64,000 nucleotides of DNA from Candidatus Vogelbacteria bacterium (lineage in GTDB: Bacteria > Patescibacteriota > Minisyncoccia > Phycocordibacterales > JACRKE01): assembly GCA_016215335.1 (NCBI GenBank), contig JACRKE010000026.1:1711-65710 (forward strand), read 5' to 3'. The notes below the pieces were generated by a model. It did no database searches. It saw only the letters and a program-made list of their open reading frames with translations, and was not told the DNA's origin. The translations under genes were made by a program, and so were the position numbers. Below are positions 28,438 through 39,324 of the stretch, piece after piece (positions within the stretch are counted from its first letter, which is position 1; each line of letters starts with the position of its first letter).

Positions 28438-29247
28438 GTGTTTTTCTGTTATTTTTATTTTTTAAAATTCGAACTCGTTATGACTCAAATGCCAACGAAA
28501 AGAGTATTTGGAATAATACTAACCTACAATTGTGCATTATTTTTGCCAGAAGTAATTTCAAAAATACCGAAAGAATATTTCGATATAATCATAGTCTCTG
28601 ACGATGATTCGTCTGATAACACGATGGATGTAGCAAAACAACTTGGTGTGCAAGCTTTTACTCATCCGCACACAGGCTATGGAGGTAATCTAAAATTCGG
28701 TCTCAATAAGGCGGTTGAGATGGGAGCGGATCACATGATAGAGATACATGGCGATGGGCAGTACGACCTTTTTTCTGTACCACTTGCTATTCCAAAGCTT
28801 AATGCTGGAGTTGATTTTATTCTAGGAAACCGATTCTATAAATTTTTTCAACCATGGAAAGATAACATGAGCCTGATTCGTATACTCGGGAATCTCACTC
28901 TTTCAACGATCGGTCGTTTTGGTCTATGGATAAAACCGTTAGATCTTTTCCCTGGTTTCCGCGCATACAGTAAGCGTTTTGTTGAAACAATCGATTTTGC
29001 CAACGGATCAGATGATTACTTTTTTAGCTTTGAAGTTATTGTTCTGGCAAAATATGCTGGGCTTGTAATAGACTCGGTTCCTGCACGTTGTTTTTACAAC
29101 AAAGGAGGACACAGTTCCATGAATCTTTGGAAAGGTATGCTTGAAATTTACCAGACACCTCATGCGGTCTTGCAGTACTGGCTTGCACTACTTGGTTGGA
29201 AACGAACCATCCTTAAGAATCAAGGAAAGCTCTCTCTTATGAAGTAA
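28438..29247 (+). CDS. glycosyltransferase family 2
   Basis: FGIILTYNC ... VSDDDSSDNT (GT2 DxD region); the true start is probably the ATG near 28480 (MTQMPTK). Confidence 0.7.
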   Translation: MFFCYFYFLKFELVMTQMPTKRVFGIILTYNCALFLPEVISKIPKEYFDIIIVSDDDSSDNTMDVAKQLGVQAFTHPHTGYGGNLKFGLNKAVEMGADHMIEIHGDGQYDLFSVPLAIPKLNAGVDFILGNRFYKFFQPWKDNMSLIRILGNLTLSTIGRFGLWIKPLDLFPGFRAYSKRFVETIDFANGSDDYFFSFEVIVLAKYAGLVIDSVPARCFYNKGGHSSMNLWKGMLEIYQTPHAVLQYWLALLGWKRTILKNQGKLSLMK

Positions 29248-30466
29248 CTGTTCCGTCGCAGAAGATAAATTTACCTCCACCTTTTCTGAAATTTTCTTCC
29301 TTAGCCATGATGATATCTGCGTAGTTTGGCGCTGTAATAAAGAAATAGTCTGGTAAGCGCTTTTCTGCATCTTTTCGCGAGATAACTGGAATATGAGTCA
29401 CTGGTGTGTACTTTCCTTGTTTTGCTGGAGAATCATCGACGAAGTAGTCAATGTGCTTCTGTGTTATACCTGCTAACTGTAAGACAGAAAAACCTTTAGC
29501 TGCAGCTCCGTAACCTGCGATTGATTTTCCTTGTTTTTTGAGCTCAGTTATTACTTTATACAACTTATTCGCTTCAATTTTACAACCTTCACCATATGCT
29601 TTTGCTGCCTTAAGTGTGTTGAGTTTTGTTTTTTCCTCTTCTTGTACAAGTTTTTTGAAGCGTTCACTTTTAGCTCGATTCTTATCTCGAGAAGCAAAAA
29701 TTCGGAGAGATAGTCCATCACCTTGAGCTTCTGTGACAAAGGCATCAAAAACATAAAGTCCATTCATTTGTGCAAGGTCAATCCAGTTTTTGAGTGAGAA
29801 ATATGAATAGTGATCAAGGTAAACTAGAGCGTAGTGGCGATGCTTAACCATACCACCCCAATAATTAACTTCTGCCCAGAAAATACCGTCTTCAGAAAGC
29901 AATTCTGCTACTCCCTCCATTACTCCATGGATATTATCGATGTGAGCAAGACAGTTTGCACCTCCCACTACTTTTGAAGGACCAAACTCTTTTTTTATTA
30001 TTCTCGCAATGCGTCCTTCCATGGGTCCTGAAAGGGTTGGTACGCCTCGAGCAAGAGCTCGTATAACAACGTTTGTTGCCGGATCAACACCTAGAATGCG
30101 ACGACCATCTTTCATTTTTTCAAGCACAGTTCCGTCATTTGATCCGATTTCGACAATAAGGTCATCTTTTTTCGTGTGTTTATCGTGAACTTCGGTTACG
30201 AGACTGTCGAAAGCGCGCATGTATTGACTCTGTTGTGGCATGTCGCCTGTAAAGTATAGATAATCTTGATCGTGATATATTTTGTGTGAGTCGACAATCG
30301 TTTTAAGTTGCGCAAGAGAACATTTTGAACAGCGCACAACAACGAGCGGGTATTTTTTTTCACCCTTAGAAAGGTCTTTCTTGTCGAGTAAAGAGTTTAC
30401 GAGGGGAGCCTTTCCCATATCTAAAACGTCGTCAAACTTGGTGTTACCACAAATTCTACATTTCAT
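29237..30466 (-). CDS. NDP-hexose C-methyltransferase (TylCIII/NovU-like; Zn-ribbon + MT + C-terminal domain)
   Basis: N-terminal MKCRICGNTKFDDVLDMGKAPLVNSLL with a second CSKCS pair (Methyltransf_13 zinc ribbon); central EIGSNDG SAM motif; 409 aa like TylCIII. Confidence 0.65.
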   Translation of the reverse strand: MKCRICGNTKFDDVLDMGKAPLVNSLLDKKDLSKGEKKYPLVVVRCSKCSLAQLKTIVDSHKIYHDQDYLYFTGDMPQQSQYMRAFDSLVTEVHDKHTKKDDLIVEIGSNDGTVLEKMKDGRRILGVDPATNVVIRALARGVPTLSGPMEGRIARIIKKEFGPSKVVGGANCLAHIDNIHGVMEGVAELLSEDGIFWAEVNYWGGMVKHRHYALVYLDHYSYFSLKNWIDLAQMNGLYVFDAFVTEAQGDGLSLRIFASRDKNRAKSERFKKLVQEEEKTKLNTLKAAKAYGEGCKIEANKLYKVITELKKQGKSIAGYGAAAKGFSVLQLAGITQKHIDYFVDDSPAKQGKYTPVTHIPVISRKDAEKRLPDYFFITAPNYADIIMAKEENFRKGGGKFIFCDGTVTS

Positions 30467-30477
30467 ATCACTATTAT

Positions 30478-31368
30478 TTATGATTGTCTTTTAATCCAGT
30501 CTACTACATCTACTTCGGGTGACCATCCGAGTGTAGCTAGCTTAGTTATGTCGGCTTCATGTCGCTCAACTTCCCACGGTCTGCGAGGTATCCATTTCAC
30601 CTCACCACCCACCGCATTAGCGATTTCTTCCATTGTATTAACTTTTCCTCTCCCAACATTGTAAATCTCACCTTTACCCGCACGATCATCTGTAACAAGA
30701 ATGTATACCGCATTCGCAATATCACCTGCATATATAAAATCTCTCTGTCCAGAACGAAATGATGACTGGGCAGTTGTCTCCGTGAGCGTAATTGGTTGCC
30801 CAGTTTTTTTAAGTCTCAAAAAAGCTGCAAGTGCGGTATCCTCGCGCTGATATTCGCCGAATACCTGGAAGAATCTAGCTGTAACAGTATTCAATCCAAA
30901 ATTTTCCGCATACATTTTAAGGAGAAATTCACATGAAAGTTTTTGCCACGAATAGTGCTCAATAGGCATTCCCAACATGTCTTCTTTCCAAGGGGTAGGA
31001 TTTTTACCATACAGAGATGCGGTTGAAGGGAAGAATATTTTTTTTACTCCCGCCTCACGCGCAACCTCGAGGAGGTGCACAGTCATGTCTATATTATCGT
31101 AGGTAGACTCTTTCGGATGCCGTGAACAATCTGGGATATTTGTTCGCCAAGCTAAGTGCACAATATAATCAACTCCAAGTACGTCGCGATAATTTAAATC
31201 ACGTACATCTGTGTGTAAAAATACGTTCGACTTTGCAGTTTCGGGGCGTTTATCGACTCCTGTTACTTTATGACCCTCTTTTTGAAACTTCGGTATGATG
31301 TGTTGTGCTAAAAATCCTGATGAGCCGGTTACTAGTATTTTTAAAGGCTGTTTCTGTTCAGTGGACAT
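30478..31368 (-). CDS. NAD-dependent epimerase/dehydratase (extended SDR)
   Basis: KILVTGSSGFLAQHII Rossmann fold; YSWQK (YxxxK). Confidence 0.75.
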   Translation of the reverse strand: MSTEQKQPLKILVTGSSGFLAQHIIPKFQKEGHKVTGVDKRPETAKSNVFLHTDVRDLNYRDVLGVDYIVHLAWRTNIPDCSRHPKESTYDNIDMTVHLLEVAREAGVKKIFFPSTASLYGKNPTPWKEDMLGMPIEHYSWQKLSCEFLLKMYAENFGLNTVTARFFQVFGEYQREDTALAAFLRLKKTGQPITLTETTAQSSFRSGQRDFIYAGDIANAVYILVTDDRAGKGEIYNVGRGKVNTMEEIANAVGGEVKWIPRRPWEVERHEADITKLATLGWSPEVDVVDWIKRQS

Positions 31369-31412
31369 GAGATAGCTGTTAATATTTTAATATAATGATT
31401 ACGTTTTATAAT

Positions 31413-32744
31413 TTACATGTCCTTAAATGTTGACCAAATCTTTTCTTGGTATTCATGGTATGTAGTTTTGTCGAATCCTTCATCTGGCGCATTTAACCAT
31501 TTGTTTACCGAACAGAAAAGTCCGTGTTTTTCCTGAAATTTGTATTCCGGCATGCGTCTCTTTAAAAGTTCACAAAGGATTACCTTCGTTTCTAACCCAC
31601 GTATTTTATAACTCATCGGTAGTGTAAATGCAAATTCAATGATGCGTCGGTCTAGGAATGGACATCTGTTTTCTACTCCCCAGGCAGAAGCCATTCGATC
31701 TCCCATACGCAAAAGCTCCCGCATATTTCCATTAAATTCTTCCCAAAGCATATCGCGATGGGGAAAAACTTTTGTATAAGAAGGAAACTTATTGCGGCCC
31801 AGACGATTGAACTCATTTGGAACGTATCTAACGTATCCCCCGAAAAGTTCGTCCGCTCCTTCTCCGGAAAGTACTACTTTCACATTTTTTGAGCGAGCTT
31901 CTTCCGCCAATTTCCACAGACCAAAAGGTGAGAAAGTTGATACCGGATAATCCAAGTGCCAAAGGATTTTTGGGAAAATTTCACGAAATTCTTTTTGGTA
32001 ATCTCCATCTTGATATGTGAATTGATTCGAAAAATTGTGGTAGGTGGAAATGAGGGTCGAATCAATTCCGCCTGAAAAGTATAGTCCGTACGAAACATCA
32101 CTGCGCGTTCGTAACCGCACCGAGTCTGCAAGGATTGTATCCAGTTCTTTTAATGCACTTTCAAAATCTATGTCACGTTCTTTCGGTGTAAATTGCCACC
32201 ATTTCCTAATATCAAGAGTTTTTTTATCAAAATGAAATCTTGCTGAATGAGCGGGCGGTAGCTCCTGACATGCAAACCCTAACGCCTTGGCTTCAGACGC
32301 AAATTTAAATTCGCCAGAAGCGTTTAAAGAGTAGTACAGTGGTTTCTCACCGGCAATGTCTCGTGCAAGAAAAATTGATTGACCATCGTTGACTGCAAAC
32401 GCAAACATGCCGTTAAGCTTATCGAGGCAACCTTCGTTCCATTCAATATAAGCCACCAGAAGAACCTCGGTGTCGCTACTTGTTTTAAATGTATGTCCGA
32501 TTTTTTTCAACTCCTCTCGCAAATCAATATAGTTGTAAATTTCACCGTTGAATGTGAGAGTTAAACCTTTGTGTGTAATAGGGCATAAATCATTCGAAAT
32601 CAGATCTATTATTTTCAACCGCCCCATACCCATGGTGAACCGCTCATCCTGAAAAGTCCCCGCATCATCCGGTGCACGATGACGCATCAGTTCAAGCATT
32701 CGTACAACGTCTTCTTTAGATGGCGCTCCTGCTATTGCACACAT
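31413..32744 (-). CDS. asparagine synthase (glutamine-hydrolysing)-like amidotransferase, short form
   Basis: MCAIAG Ntn-nucleophile N-terminus; SGGIDS PP-loop in the synthetase domain; 443 aa. Confidence 0.75.
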   Translation of the reverse strand: MCAIAGAPSKEDVVRMLELMRHRAPDDAGTFQDERFTMGMGRLKIIDLISNDLCPITHKGLTLTFNGEIYNYIDLREELKKIGHTFKTSSDTEVLLVAYIEWNEGCLDKLNGMFAFAVNDGQSIFLARDIAGEKPLYYSLNASGEFKFASEAKALGFACQELPPAHSARFHFDKKTLDIRKWWQFTPKERDIDFESALKELDTILADSVRLRTRSDVSYGLYFSGGIDSTLISTYHNFSNQFTYQDGDYQKEFREIFPKILWHLDYPVSTFSPFGLWKLAEEARSKNVKVVLSGEGADELFGGYVRYVPNEFNRLGRNKFPSYTKVFPHRDMLWEEFNGNMRELLRMGDRMASAWGVENRCPFLDRRIIEFAFTLPMSYKIRGLETKVILCELLKRRMPEYKFQEKHGLFCSVNKWLNAPDEGFDKTTYHEYQEKIWSTFKDM

Positions 32745-32775
32745 ATACTGATATCATAGCATCCTTTTTATCAAT

Positions 32776-34899
32776 TTGCATCATTTGTATGAGGCCACCC
32801 ATTCCATATTAAATCGAAAAATTGTTGCAAGTGCAGAGCATGTGATTGTATGCTTTAATACACGTATGACTTTTTTCCTAGCTATTTTGTTTGGGCTGAC
32901 ACTGTGTTTTTTTGGTTGGCAATTTTCTCGCTATACTTTGAGAGAGAGTCGAATCGAGCATCTTTTGGCATTGTCAGGACTACTTGGTATTAGTCTATAC
33001 ACATTTGTTATTAACGTGCTTGGGCACTTTCTGCCGATACAGCTTGTTTTCTTTGCCGTTATTTTGTTATTTATCGTTTACAGTTTTTTCCCGTTAATTT
33101 TTCGTCGCACGAATTTCTTCAGACAACATAAGCCTCTACAATGGGTAATACAAAAGAAGGGATGGCAGTGGGCACTTTTGATTGGATGCATATTCATTAC
33201 CATCTCGGTAACATTGATCTCGTATCGTCATCAAATGGATGGGGCTGTATACCGTGGACCAAATGCGGTGGCCATGGCAGAAGGGAATTTCCCACCAAAG
33301 GAAATTTGGAACCCCGAAAAACCTCTTCGTTACCACCATGCTCCAGATCTTTTCGCGTCAGCGGTTTTAAAAGTTACCAATACACCACTCAATTTCGCAT
33401 ACGCTCTTGGGAGAGGAATACTAGCAGGATGTCTCTTTCTTTTGTTGGTCGTTTTTGCTATGGAATTCCTTTCTGCTTCGGTATTTGTTGCTTTCATATC
33501 GGCGATTTGTGCTACCTATGGAGGTTCGATTGCCATTTTTAGTTTGGCAAAAGCCTTACCTTCTTTCGTCGATATTATTTCAGGAACATATACCGGGTCA
33601 TACAAGTTTGTATCAGACGCAATCGTCGGCGAATTCACCACACCCGCAATAAATACGGTAATGGGTCAGCATTGGGGAGCGATGGCTCTCGTCCTCATAA
33701 CGACTGTGGTTTATTTATATTTGAGCGCGTTACAGGAAAAAGCTCAAAAATATTATTGGTACCTGCTGGTCATCGGGTGTTTAGTGGCTCTTCAGGCGCT
33801 TGTGTCAGAACCTTATTTTGCATCACTCATAGCAGCACTAGTCGGTTTTCCAATAATGGTCCGAGTCTTGTATGGCAGTTCAGATTTCGCAAAACGAGCT
33901 CTGATCTCCTCGCTTATTGTTATAAGTATTGCGTTACCAATCGCTTTTGTTCAGGGTGGTTTGTTTGGAACGGCGGTTACACAGCAGTTCAACCTAACCC
34001 AGGAAAACGGCACCGAAAATACGATCTTATTTACTGGTAATGACAGTGACAAAAACCTATTTAAATTGAGTACACCCTCTGCGTTAAGCGAAAGTTATGA
34101 CAATCGGATTTTTAAAGAAATGGCATTGCTCTTTGTTCTCTTTGTTCCGGCACTATTCTTTTTGTTCAGGTCTCATGCGCGTGTGGCTCTCTTTTTATCG
34201 CTCTTATTTCTTGCGTTTTTTCTACCTCCTATTGTATTCGTTTCCGATTATTTTCTTATTACTCAACTACTCTGGCGTTTCTTCTTCCCAATAAATCTTA
34301 TAGGAGGTCTTGTTATTGGTTATGTATTTGCACAAGCATATCTCAATACACCCATCCTTTGGAAAAAGATATCGCTGTTTTCAATCCTTTTAATATTTTT
34401 AGGACAAGGGTTTTGGACACATGTGGTGTGGCTTGGAGTTGGGTATCCGCCCGGGAGTGTCTGGGATCAAAATGCTGTTTTTTTTGCAAAACCCGGCAGT
34501 GCCGAAGCAGCTTCATATGCTTGGGTTCGGGCCAACACAACAATACAAGATCGGTTTTTAATCCTTAAGGATACGTATCGTCAATGTGGTATCGATGCCG
34601 CTCCAAATTGTCTATTTGTGTATAACACTGGAAGATTTGCACCGATATTTAAACACCAAGCTGTAGTTGAGGGCAACGAAGGTGATGAGATCCCTACAAA
34701 AGAATTAGCCCTGTTTGATAATGTGAGCACCACGTGTGATGCAGATATTCTTGCGCGTCTTAATTTTGATTATATCTATGTCGACAAGTTGTGGCCGAAA
34801 GGAATGGAGAAACAGTGTCTGAAGAACAACACTCTTTCACTTGAATTTACTTCGACTGACGATAACAATAACATTAGAATATATAAAATTGTCGATTAG
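32776..34899 (+). CDS. large polytopic membrane protein with soluble C-terminal domain (candidate glycan polymerase or GT-C); start probably downstream (MTFFLAIL)
   Basis: more than 15 hydrophobic segments; no confident family assignment. Confidence 0.4.
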   Translation: MHHLYEATHSILNRKIVASAEHVIVCFNTRMTFFLAILFGLTLCFFGWQFSRYTLRESRIEHLLALSGLLGISLYTFVINVLGHFLPIQLVFFAVILLFIVYSFFPLIFRRTNFFRQHKPLQWVIQKKGWQWALLIGCIFITISVTLISYRHQMDGAVYRGPNAVAMAEGNFPPKEIWNPEKPLRYHHAPDLFASAVLKVTNTPLNFAYALGRGILAGCLFLLLVVFAMEFLSASVFVAFISAICATYGGSIAIFSLAKALPSFVDIISGTYTGSYKFVSDAIVGEFTTPAINTVMGQHWGAMALVLITTVVYLYLSALQEKAQKYYWYLLVIGCLVALQALVSEPYFASLIAALVGFPIMVRVLYGSSDFAKRALISSLIVISIALPIAFVQGGLFGTAVTQQFNLTQENGTENTILFTGNDSDKNLFKLSTPSALSESYDNRIFKEMALLFVLFVPALFFLFRSHARVALFLSLLFLAFFLPPIVFVSDYFLITQLLWRFFFPINLIGGLVIGYVFAQAYLNTPILWKKISLFSILLIFLGQGFWTHVVWLGVGYPPGSVWDQNAVFFAKPGSAEAASYAWVRANTTIQDRFLILKDTYRQCGIDAAPNCLFVYNTGRFAPIFKHQAVVEGNEGDEIPTKELALFDNVSTTCDADILARLNFDYIYVDKLWPKGMEKQCLKNNTLSLEFTSTDDNNNIRIYKIVD

Positions 34900-34906
34900 T
34901 TATTTT

Positions 34907-34930
34907 CTTTAGACCATCGGTTGTCTAAAG
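34907..34930. terminator. hairpin CTTTAGAC-N8-GTCTAAAG after the membrane-protein gene
   Basis: 8-bp inverted repeat 8 nt after the stop at 34899. Confidence 0.3.
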
Positions 34931-35012
34931 ATAAGAAATTTATTATCTACCCGGGTAGTTTGGGCGACGTTTATTTTTAGCTACAACGTTAGTTGTTAAG
35001 GGCCCGTTTTCT

Positions 35013-35828
35013 GTGGTATATTTCAATAATATGAAAAAGAAAAATATTATTGGAATGATTCCGTCAAGAATGGGCTCTACACGTTTCCCAGGCAAGGCCT
35101 TAGCCACTATTTATGGCATTCCTATGATCGGCCATGTATACTTTAGGAGCAAAATGAGCAAACTACTTGATGACGTTTATATCTTGACTCCAAGTAAAGA
35201 GATTATGGATTATGCTGATTCTATTGGTGCGAAATGGATAAAAGACGGGAAAAAAGAATATAGAGGATGTTCGAATGCAACAGCGGACGCGACTATAGAG
35301 ATTGAAAAAAGGACTGGTAAGAAAATCGATGTTGCCGTAATGATTCAAGGAGACGAACCAATGATTGTTCCTAAAATGATTGATATGGCAACTAAGCCAA
35401 TGCTTAAAGATTCATCCATAAACGTGGTAAATCTAATGGCACCTATTCGAAGTGAAGAAGAGCACAATGATCCAAATTGCCCAAAAGTTGTAGTCGACGT
35501 AAACAATTTTGCACTATATTTCTCTAGAGAGCCTATTCCTTCCAAAAAGAAGTGGGCAGGAGGATCGTACCCGAAATATAAACAGGTTTGCATCATGCCA
35601 TTTGCTCGTGACTTTCTAATAAAATTCAGCAAAATGAGACCAACACCCATGGAGCTTGTTGAGTCTATCGACATGAATAGAGCTTTAGAACATGGTTATG
35701 GTGTTAAGATGGTTTTAGAAAATGAGGAGACTTACTGCGTTGATACTCCGGATGATTTAAAGAGAGTTGAAAGACATATGAATGATGATCGACTAATCGA
35801 AAAGTATGCACCTAAAAAAAGTTCTTAA
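35013..35828 (+). CDS. kdsB: 3-deoxy-manno-octulosonate cytidylyltransferase family (CMP-Kdo synthetase-like)
   Basis: IPSRMGSTRFPGKAL, IQGDEPMI, FALYFSREPIP, CVDTPDDLKRVERHM are collinear with E. coli KdsB (IPARYASTRLPGKPL, VQGDEPMI, YALYFSRATIP, GVDTPEDLERVRAEM). Confidence 0.8.
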   Translation: MVYFNNMKKKNIIGMIPSRMGSTRFPGKALATIYGIPMIGHVYFRSKMSKLLDDVYILTPSKEIMDYADSIGAKWIKDGKKEYRGCSNATADATIEIEKRTGKKIDVAVMIQGDEPMIVPKMIDMATKPMLKDSSINVVNLMAPIRSEEEHNDPNCPKVVVDVNNFALYFSREPIPSKKKWAGGSYPKYKQVCIMPFARDFLIKFSKMRPTPMELVESIDMNRALEHGYGVKMVLENEETYCVDTPDDLKRVERHMNDDRLIEKYAPKKSS

Positions 35829-35876
35829 TAGGCTATTGCATATGGTGAACTTGGAAACAGCAGGAATATAACAACC

Positions 35877-37727
35877 ATGGTTCAAACGAGCATTATTATC
35901 AGGACTCTTAACGAAGAACGACATATAGGCAATATTTTAGTTGCTATATCTGAACAAGAGTATAAGGATTATGAAATTATAGTAGTCGATTCAGGTTCAA
36001 GCGACAAGACATTAGAAGTAGCTCAAAAATTTCCGGTTAAGGTTATTAAGATTGATGGTAGGGATTTTACATTTGGGTATTCGCTTAACATTGGTTGTAG
36101 AGCAAGCTCGGGGAAATATTTAGTATTTGTCTCGGCCCACGTACTTCCGACTGATAAGCATTGGTTGGGAAATCTAATAAAGCCCTTCACTGATAAAAAG
36201 GTTGCGATGGCATATGGGAGACAAAGAGGGACTAATGTATCTAAATTTTCAGAACAGAGAGATTTTGAATATTTGTTTCGAGACGATGTATTAAATTGGA
36301 ACGTAGTTTCCGATTATGCAAACAACGCCAATTCTGCTGTAAGAAAAAGTTTATGGAATGAGAGACCATTTGACGAATTTCTCTTCGGGCTTGAGGATGT
36401 GGAGTGGGCTAAGGCTATGGTGCAAAAAGGATTTAGTATATTTTATGAGCCTACAGCAAGTGTCTATCATATTCACGAAGAGAAGTGGCATCAAGTTTTC
36501 AACAGATACAGAAGGGAAGCAATAGCGGCATATCGAATAGGCCTTAAACATCCGCCTCAAGCCAGGACTCACTTTTTTTGGTTAATACAGAGACTCTCAG
36601 GTGATTTGCTTTTAACATTTCCTGACTATTCATCTTCAAGACTAGATGAGATATTGAGATTCCGCTATTACCAGTGGAAGGGCAGTAGACAGGGTTGGTT
36701 TAAGGATCGAAATATCGATTTGGATAGAGATAAGTATGAACTTTCATTTCCAAGAGAGAATCACGCTGTTGTAATTTACGGTAAGCGTAAAGCGGGGATA
36801 AAAGAACTACCCTTGCCCAAAACAAAGCCTGGCGACATCCTTATACAAATTAGTCATGTTGGCATTTGTAAAACGGATTTAGAAGTCTATGAAGGGTCCC
36901 TAGGCTATTATAAAAACGGACCCGCAAAATACCCTATAATTCCTGGCCACGAATTTTCAGGTACAATTGTGAAAATTGGCGCAAGTCCAAGGTTTAGGGA
37001 GAGATTCAAGGTTGGAGAAGCTGTAGTTGGTGAGTGCATCATGACGAGGGAGGTCGGTAAGGAGCGTAAAGAGGTTGGGGTTGTGAATTATAATGGTGCA
37101 TATTCTAAACTGATTGTTATGCCGGGAGATATGATTCACAAGGTCCCGGAGGGCTTGAGTCTAGATGTGGCTTGTCTTGCAGAACCCCTTGCAGTAGTCC
37201 TTAGGGCGCTTAGACGTTCAGGCAATAGACTTCACTCAAAGTCGGAAATTGCAGTAGTTGGTGCCGGACCTATTGGTAACTTATTTGCACAGGTTCTTTC
37301 AAGTTATGGACACTATGTTTCGTTATTCGACAAGAGAGAAGATCGTCTTTTATTGCTTAAAAATGGTGTTAAAAAAACGTACACATCGTTCGAAAAGATT
37401 AAGGATTTCGGAATTATAGTTGAGGCTACTGGCTCAAAAGAAGTTTTGGATGAACTGTTAAGGGTGAGCGGAAATGATACGACATTCATAGTCATTGGAT
37501 TTCCATACGGCAAGACAGAATATAACTTTGAGGATTTGGTAGGGAAAGAGAAAGTGCTTATTGGGTCTGTGGGTGCCGAGTGGGAAGACTTCGAGAATGC
37601 TCTTGAAATGTTGCCCAAATTGGAGACCAAAGTCTTTACGGAAAACATTTATGCGCTCGAAGATTATGAAAAGGCGTGGGACAGCCTGCGTGAAGGTAAA
37701 AAATTTAAGATTCTTATTAAGCCATAA
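35877..37727 (+). CDS. fusion protein: N-terminal GT2 glycosyltransferase + C-terminal zinc-dependent medium-chain alcohol dehydrogenase
   Basis: N: SIIIRTLNEERHI...YEIIVVDSGSSDKT. C: GICKTDLEVYEG...GHEFSGTIVKIG (MDR catalytic-Zn motif) and AVVGAGPIGN Rossmann fold. Confidence 0.65.
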   Translation: MVQTSIIIRTLNEERHIGNILVAISEQEYKDYEIIVVDSGSSDKTLEVAQKFPVKVIKIDGRDFTFGYSLNIGCRASSGKYLVFVSAHVLPTDKHWLGNLIKPFTDKKVAMAYGRQRGTNVSKFSEQRDFEYLFRDDVLNWNVVSDYANNANSAVRKSLWNERPFDEFLFGLEDVEWAKAMVQKGFSIFYEPTASVYHIHEEKWHQVFNRYRREAIAAYRIGLKHPPQARTHFFWLIQRLSGDLLLTFPDYSSSRLDEILRFRYYQWKGSRQGWFKDRNIDLDRDKYELSFPRENHAVVIYGKRKAGIKELPLPKTKPGDILIQISHVGICKTDLEVYEGSLGYYKNGPAKYPIIPGHEFSGTIVKIGASPRFRERFKVGEAVVGECIMTREVGKERKEVGVVNYNGAYSKLIVMPGDMIHKVPEGLSLDVACLAEPLAVVLRALRRSGNRLHSKSEIAVVGAGPIGNLFAQVLSSYGHYVSLFDKREDRLLLLKNGVKKTYTSFEKIKDFGIIVEATGSKEVLDELLRVSGNDTTFIVIGFPYGKTEYNFEDLVGKEKVLIGSVGAEWEDFENALEMLPKLETKVFTENIYALEDYEKAWDSLREGKKFKILIKP

Positions 37728-37729
37728 AG

Positions 37730-38380
37730 ATGTATAGTATCGACAATTCAAACAATATCATAGATATTTCGGTTCCAATAGATGGACAGATTCCATTGTG
37801 GCCTGACTCTTTGGCGCCTGAAGTAATTAGTGTTCATTCCATTGAACATGAAGATGGTGTAAATGAGACTAGGATTTCTATGGGAATGCACGCAGGATCC
37901 CATCTTGATGCCCCTAGTCATTTCATTAAAGACGCCAAATCAATGAATGATTTGGATCTTAATCTTTTTTTTGGTAACGCATTTGTGGTAGATTTACCAA
38001 ATGTGCCAGAGGTCAAGGCAGAAGACCTTGCACGGGCCAATATTCCCGAGGGCACAGAAAGATTGTTAATAAAGACTTCTAACTCTAAATTGTGGGAGAG
38101 AAACGTAGGGTTCCAAAAAAATTACGTTGGATTAACAATAGACGCCGCAGAATGGCTGGTAAAGAAGAAGATTAAGCTCGTGGGCTTGGATTACTTGTCT
38201 ATAGCAAAATTTGAGCAGATAGAAGAGGTTCATGTAATTCTACTTGGCGCCGGTATTCCGCTATTGGAGGGCATAAATCTTTCAGAAGTCCAAGAAGGAA
38301 TTTATACTTTAATATCACTTCCCCTTAATATACAAGGAGTGGAAGGGGCACCTGTAAGAGCTGTCTTAATTAAACAATAG
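37730..38380 (+). CDS. cyclase-family protein (KynB/arylformamidase-like fold)
   Basis: HAGSHLDAPSHF matches the HxGTHxDAPxH metal-binding motif. Confidence 0.7.
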   Translation: MYSIDNSNNIIDISVPIDGQIPLWPDSLAPEVISVHSIEHEDGVNETRISMGMHAGSHLDAPSHFIKDAKSMNDLDLNLFFGNAFVVDLPNVPEVKAEDLARANIPEGTERLLIKTSNSKLWERNVGFQKNYVGLTIDAAEWLVKKKIKLVGLDYLSIAKFEQIEEVHVILLGAGIPLLEGINLSEVQEGIYTLISLPLNIQGVEGAPVRAVLIKQ

Positions 38381-38382
38381 CT

Positions 38383-39321
38383 ATGCATAACAAAGTGTTA
38401 ATCTCAGCCCCCTATATGCATAAGGAAAAAGAGAAGATATTGAAAATGCTGCCTGATTTCTCATATGAAGTGGATTGGGTCTCAGTAATTGAGAGGCTTG
38501 AAGAGAAGGACCTTCTACCTATAATTTCTAAGTACCATGGAATCCTTTGTGGCGATGATAGAATCACTCAAAAAGTTATAGATGCCGCAACTAATTTAAG
38601 AGTGATAGTAAAATGGGGGACAGGGATCGATTCTATAGACAAAGAGTACGTAGAGTCTAAAGGAATTAAAGTTTTCAGAACGCCTGGTGCTTTTACCGAG
38701 CCCGTGTCTGATACTACCATTGCATTGATGTTGAATGAGACAAGGGGAATCGCAAGAAATGATAAAGTGGTTAAGACTGCTGGGTGGGACAAACCTCAAG
38801 GCTACACTCTCCACGAAAAGACAATCGGTATTATCGGATTTGGAGAAATAGGCCAAGCTGTGGCTAGGAAGCTTTTAGCTTTTGGACCGAAAGTGCTTGT
38901 AAATGATGTTAAAGATATCGACAGCCTAATTTTAAGCAATCTAAATGCAAGAAGCGTTTCTAAAGAAACCATATATGATAAATGTGACATAATAACTTTG
39001 CATTGTGACCTTAATTCTACGAGCAAGCATTTGCTCTCAAAGGATACCTTTACTAAGATGAAAAGAAAGCCTTATATTATTAACACTGCGAGAGGTCCAA
39101 TAATCAAAGAACAAGACCTAATAGAAGCTCTAAATAATGACGTTATATCAGGAGCTGGGTTGGACGTTTTTGAAGACGAACCGTTAGCAACAGACAGTCC
39201 TCTGCGCGGAATGAATAATGTGACAATGTCATGCCACAACTCCAATAGTAGTCCAGAATGCTGGGATAAAGTTCACCTGAATTCTTTAAAGATGATGGAG
39301 GAGGGCTTAAAAGTAAAATAG
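38383..39321 (+). CDS. D-isomer-specific 2-hydroxyacid dehydrogenase
   Basis: GIIGFGEIGQAVARKL NAD fold, NTARGPII, and the catalytic R/E/H arrangement. Confidence 0.8.
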   Translation: MHNKVLISAPYMHKEKEKILKMLPDFSYEVDWVSVIERLEEKDLLPIISKYHGILCGDDRITQKVIDAATNLRVIVKWGTGIDSIDKEYVESKGIKVFRTPGAFTEPVSDTTIALMLNETRGIARNDKVVKTAGWDKPQGYTLHEKTIGIIGFGEIGQAVARKLLAFGPKVLVNDVKDIDSLILSNLNARSVSKETIYDKCDIITLHCDLNSTSKHLLSKDTFTKMKRKPYIINTARGPIIKEQDLIEALNNDVISGAGLDVFEDEPLATDSPLRGMNNVTMSCHNSNSSPECWDKVHLNSLKMMEEGLKVK

Positions 39322-39324
39322 TCA

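Noticed and set aside
34947-34958. CTACCCGGGTAG palindrome and other 10-12 bp palindromes (e.g. TCCCATGGGA at 56790)
   Set aside because: They are too short to distinguish from chance or restriction-site-like palindromes.
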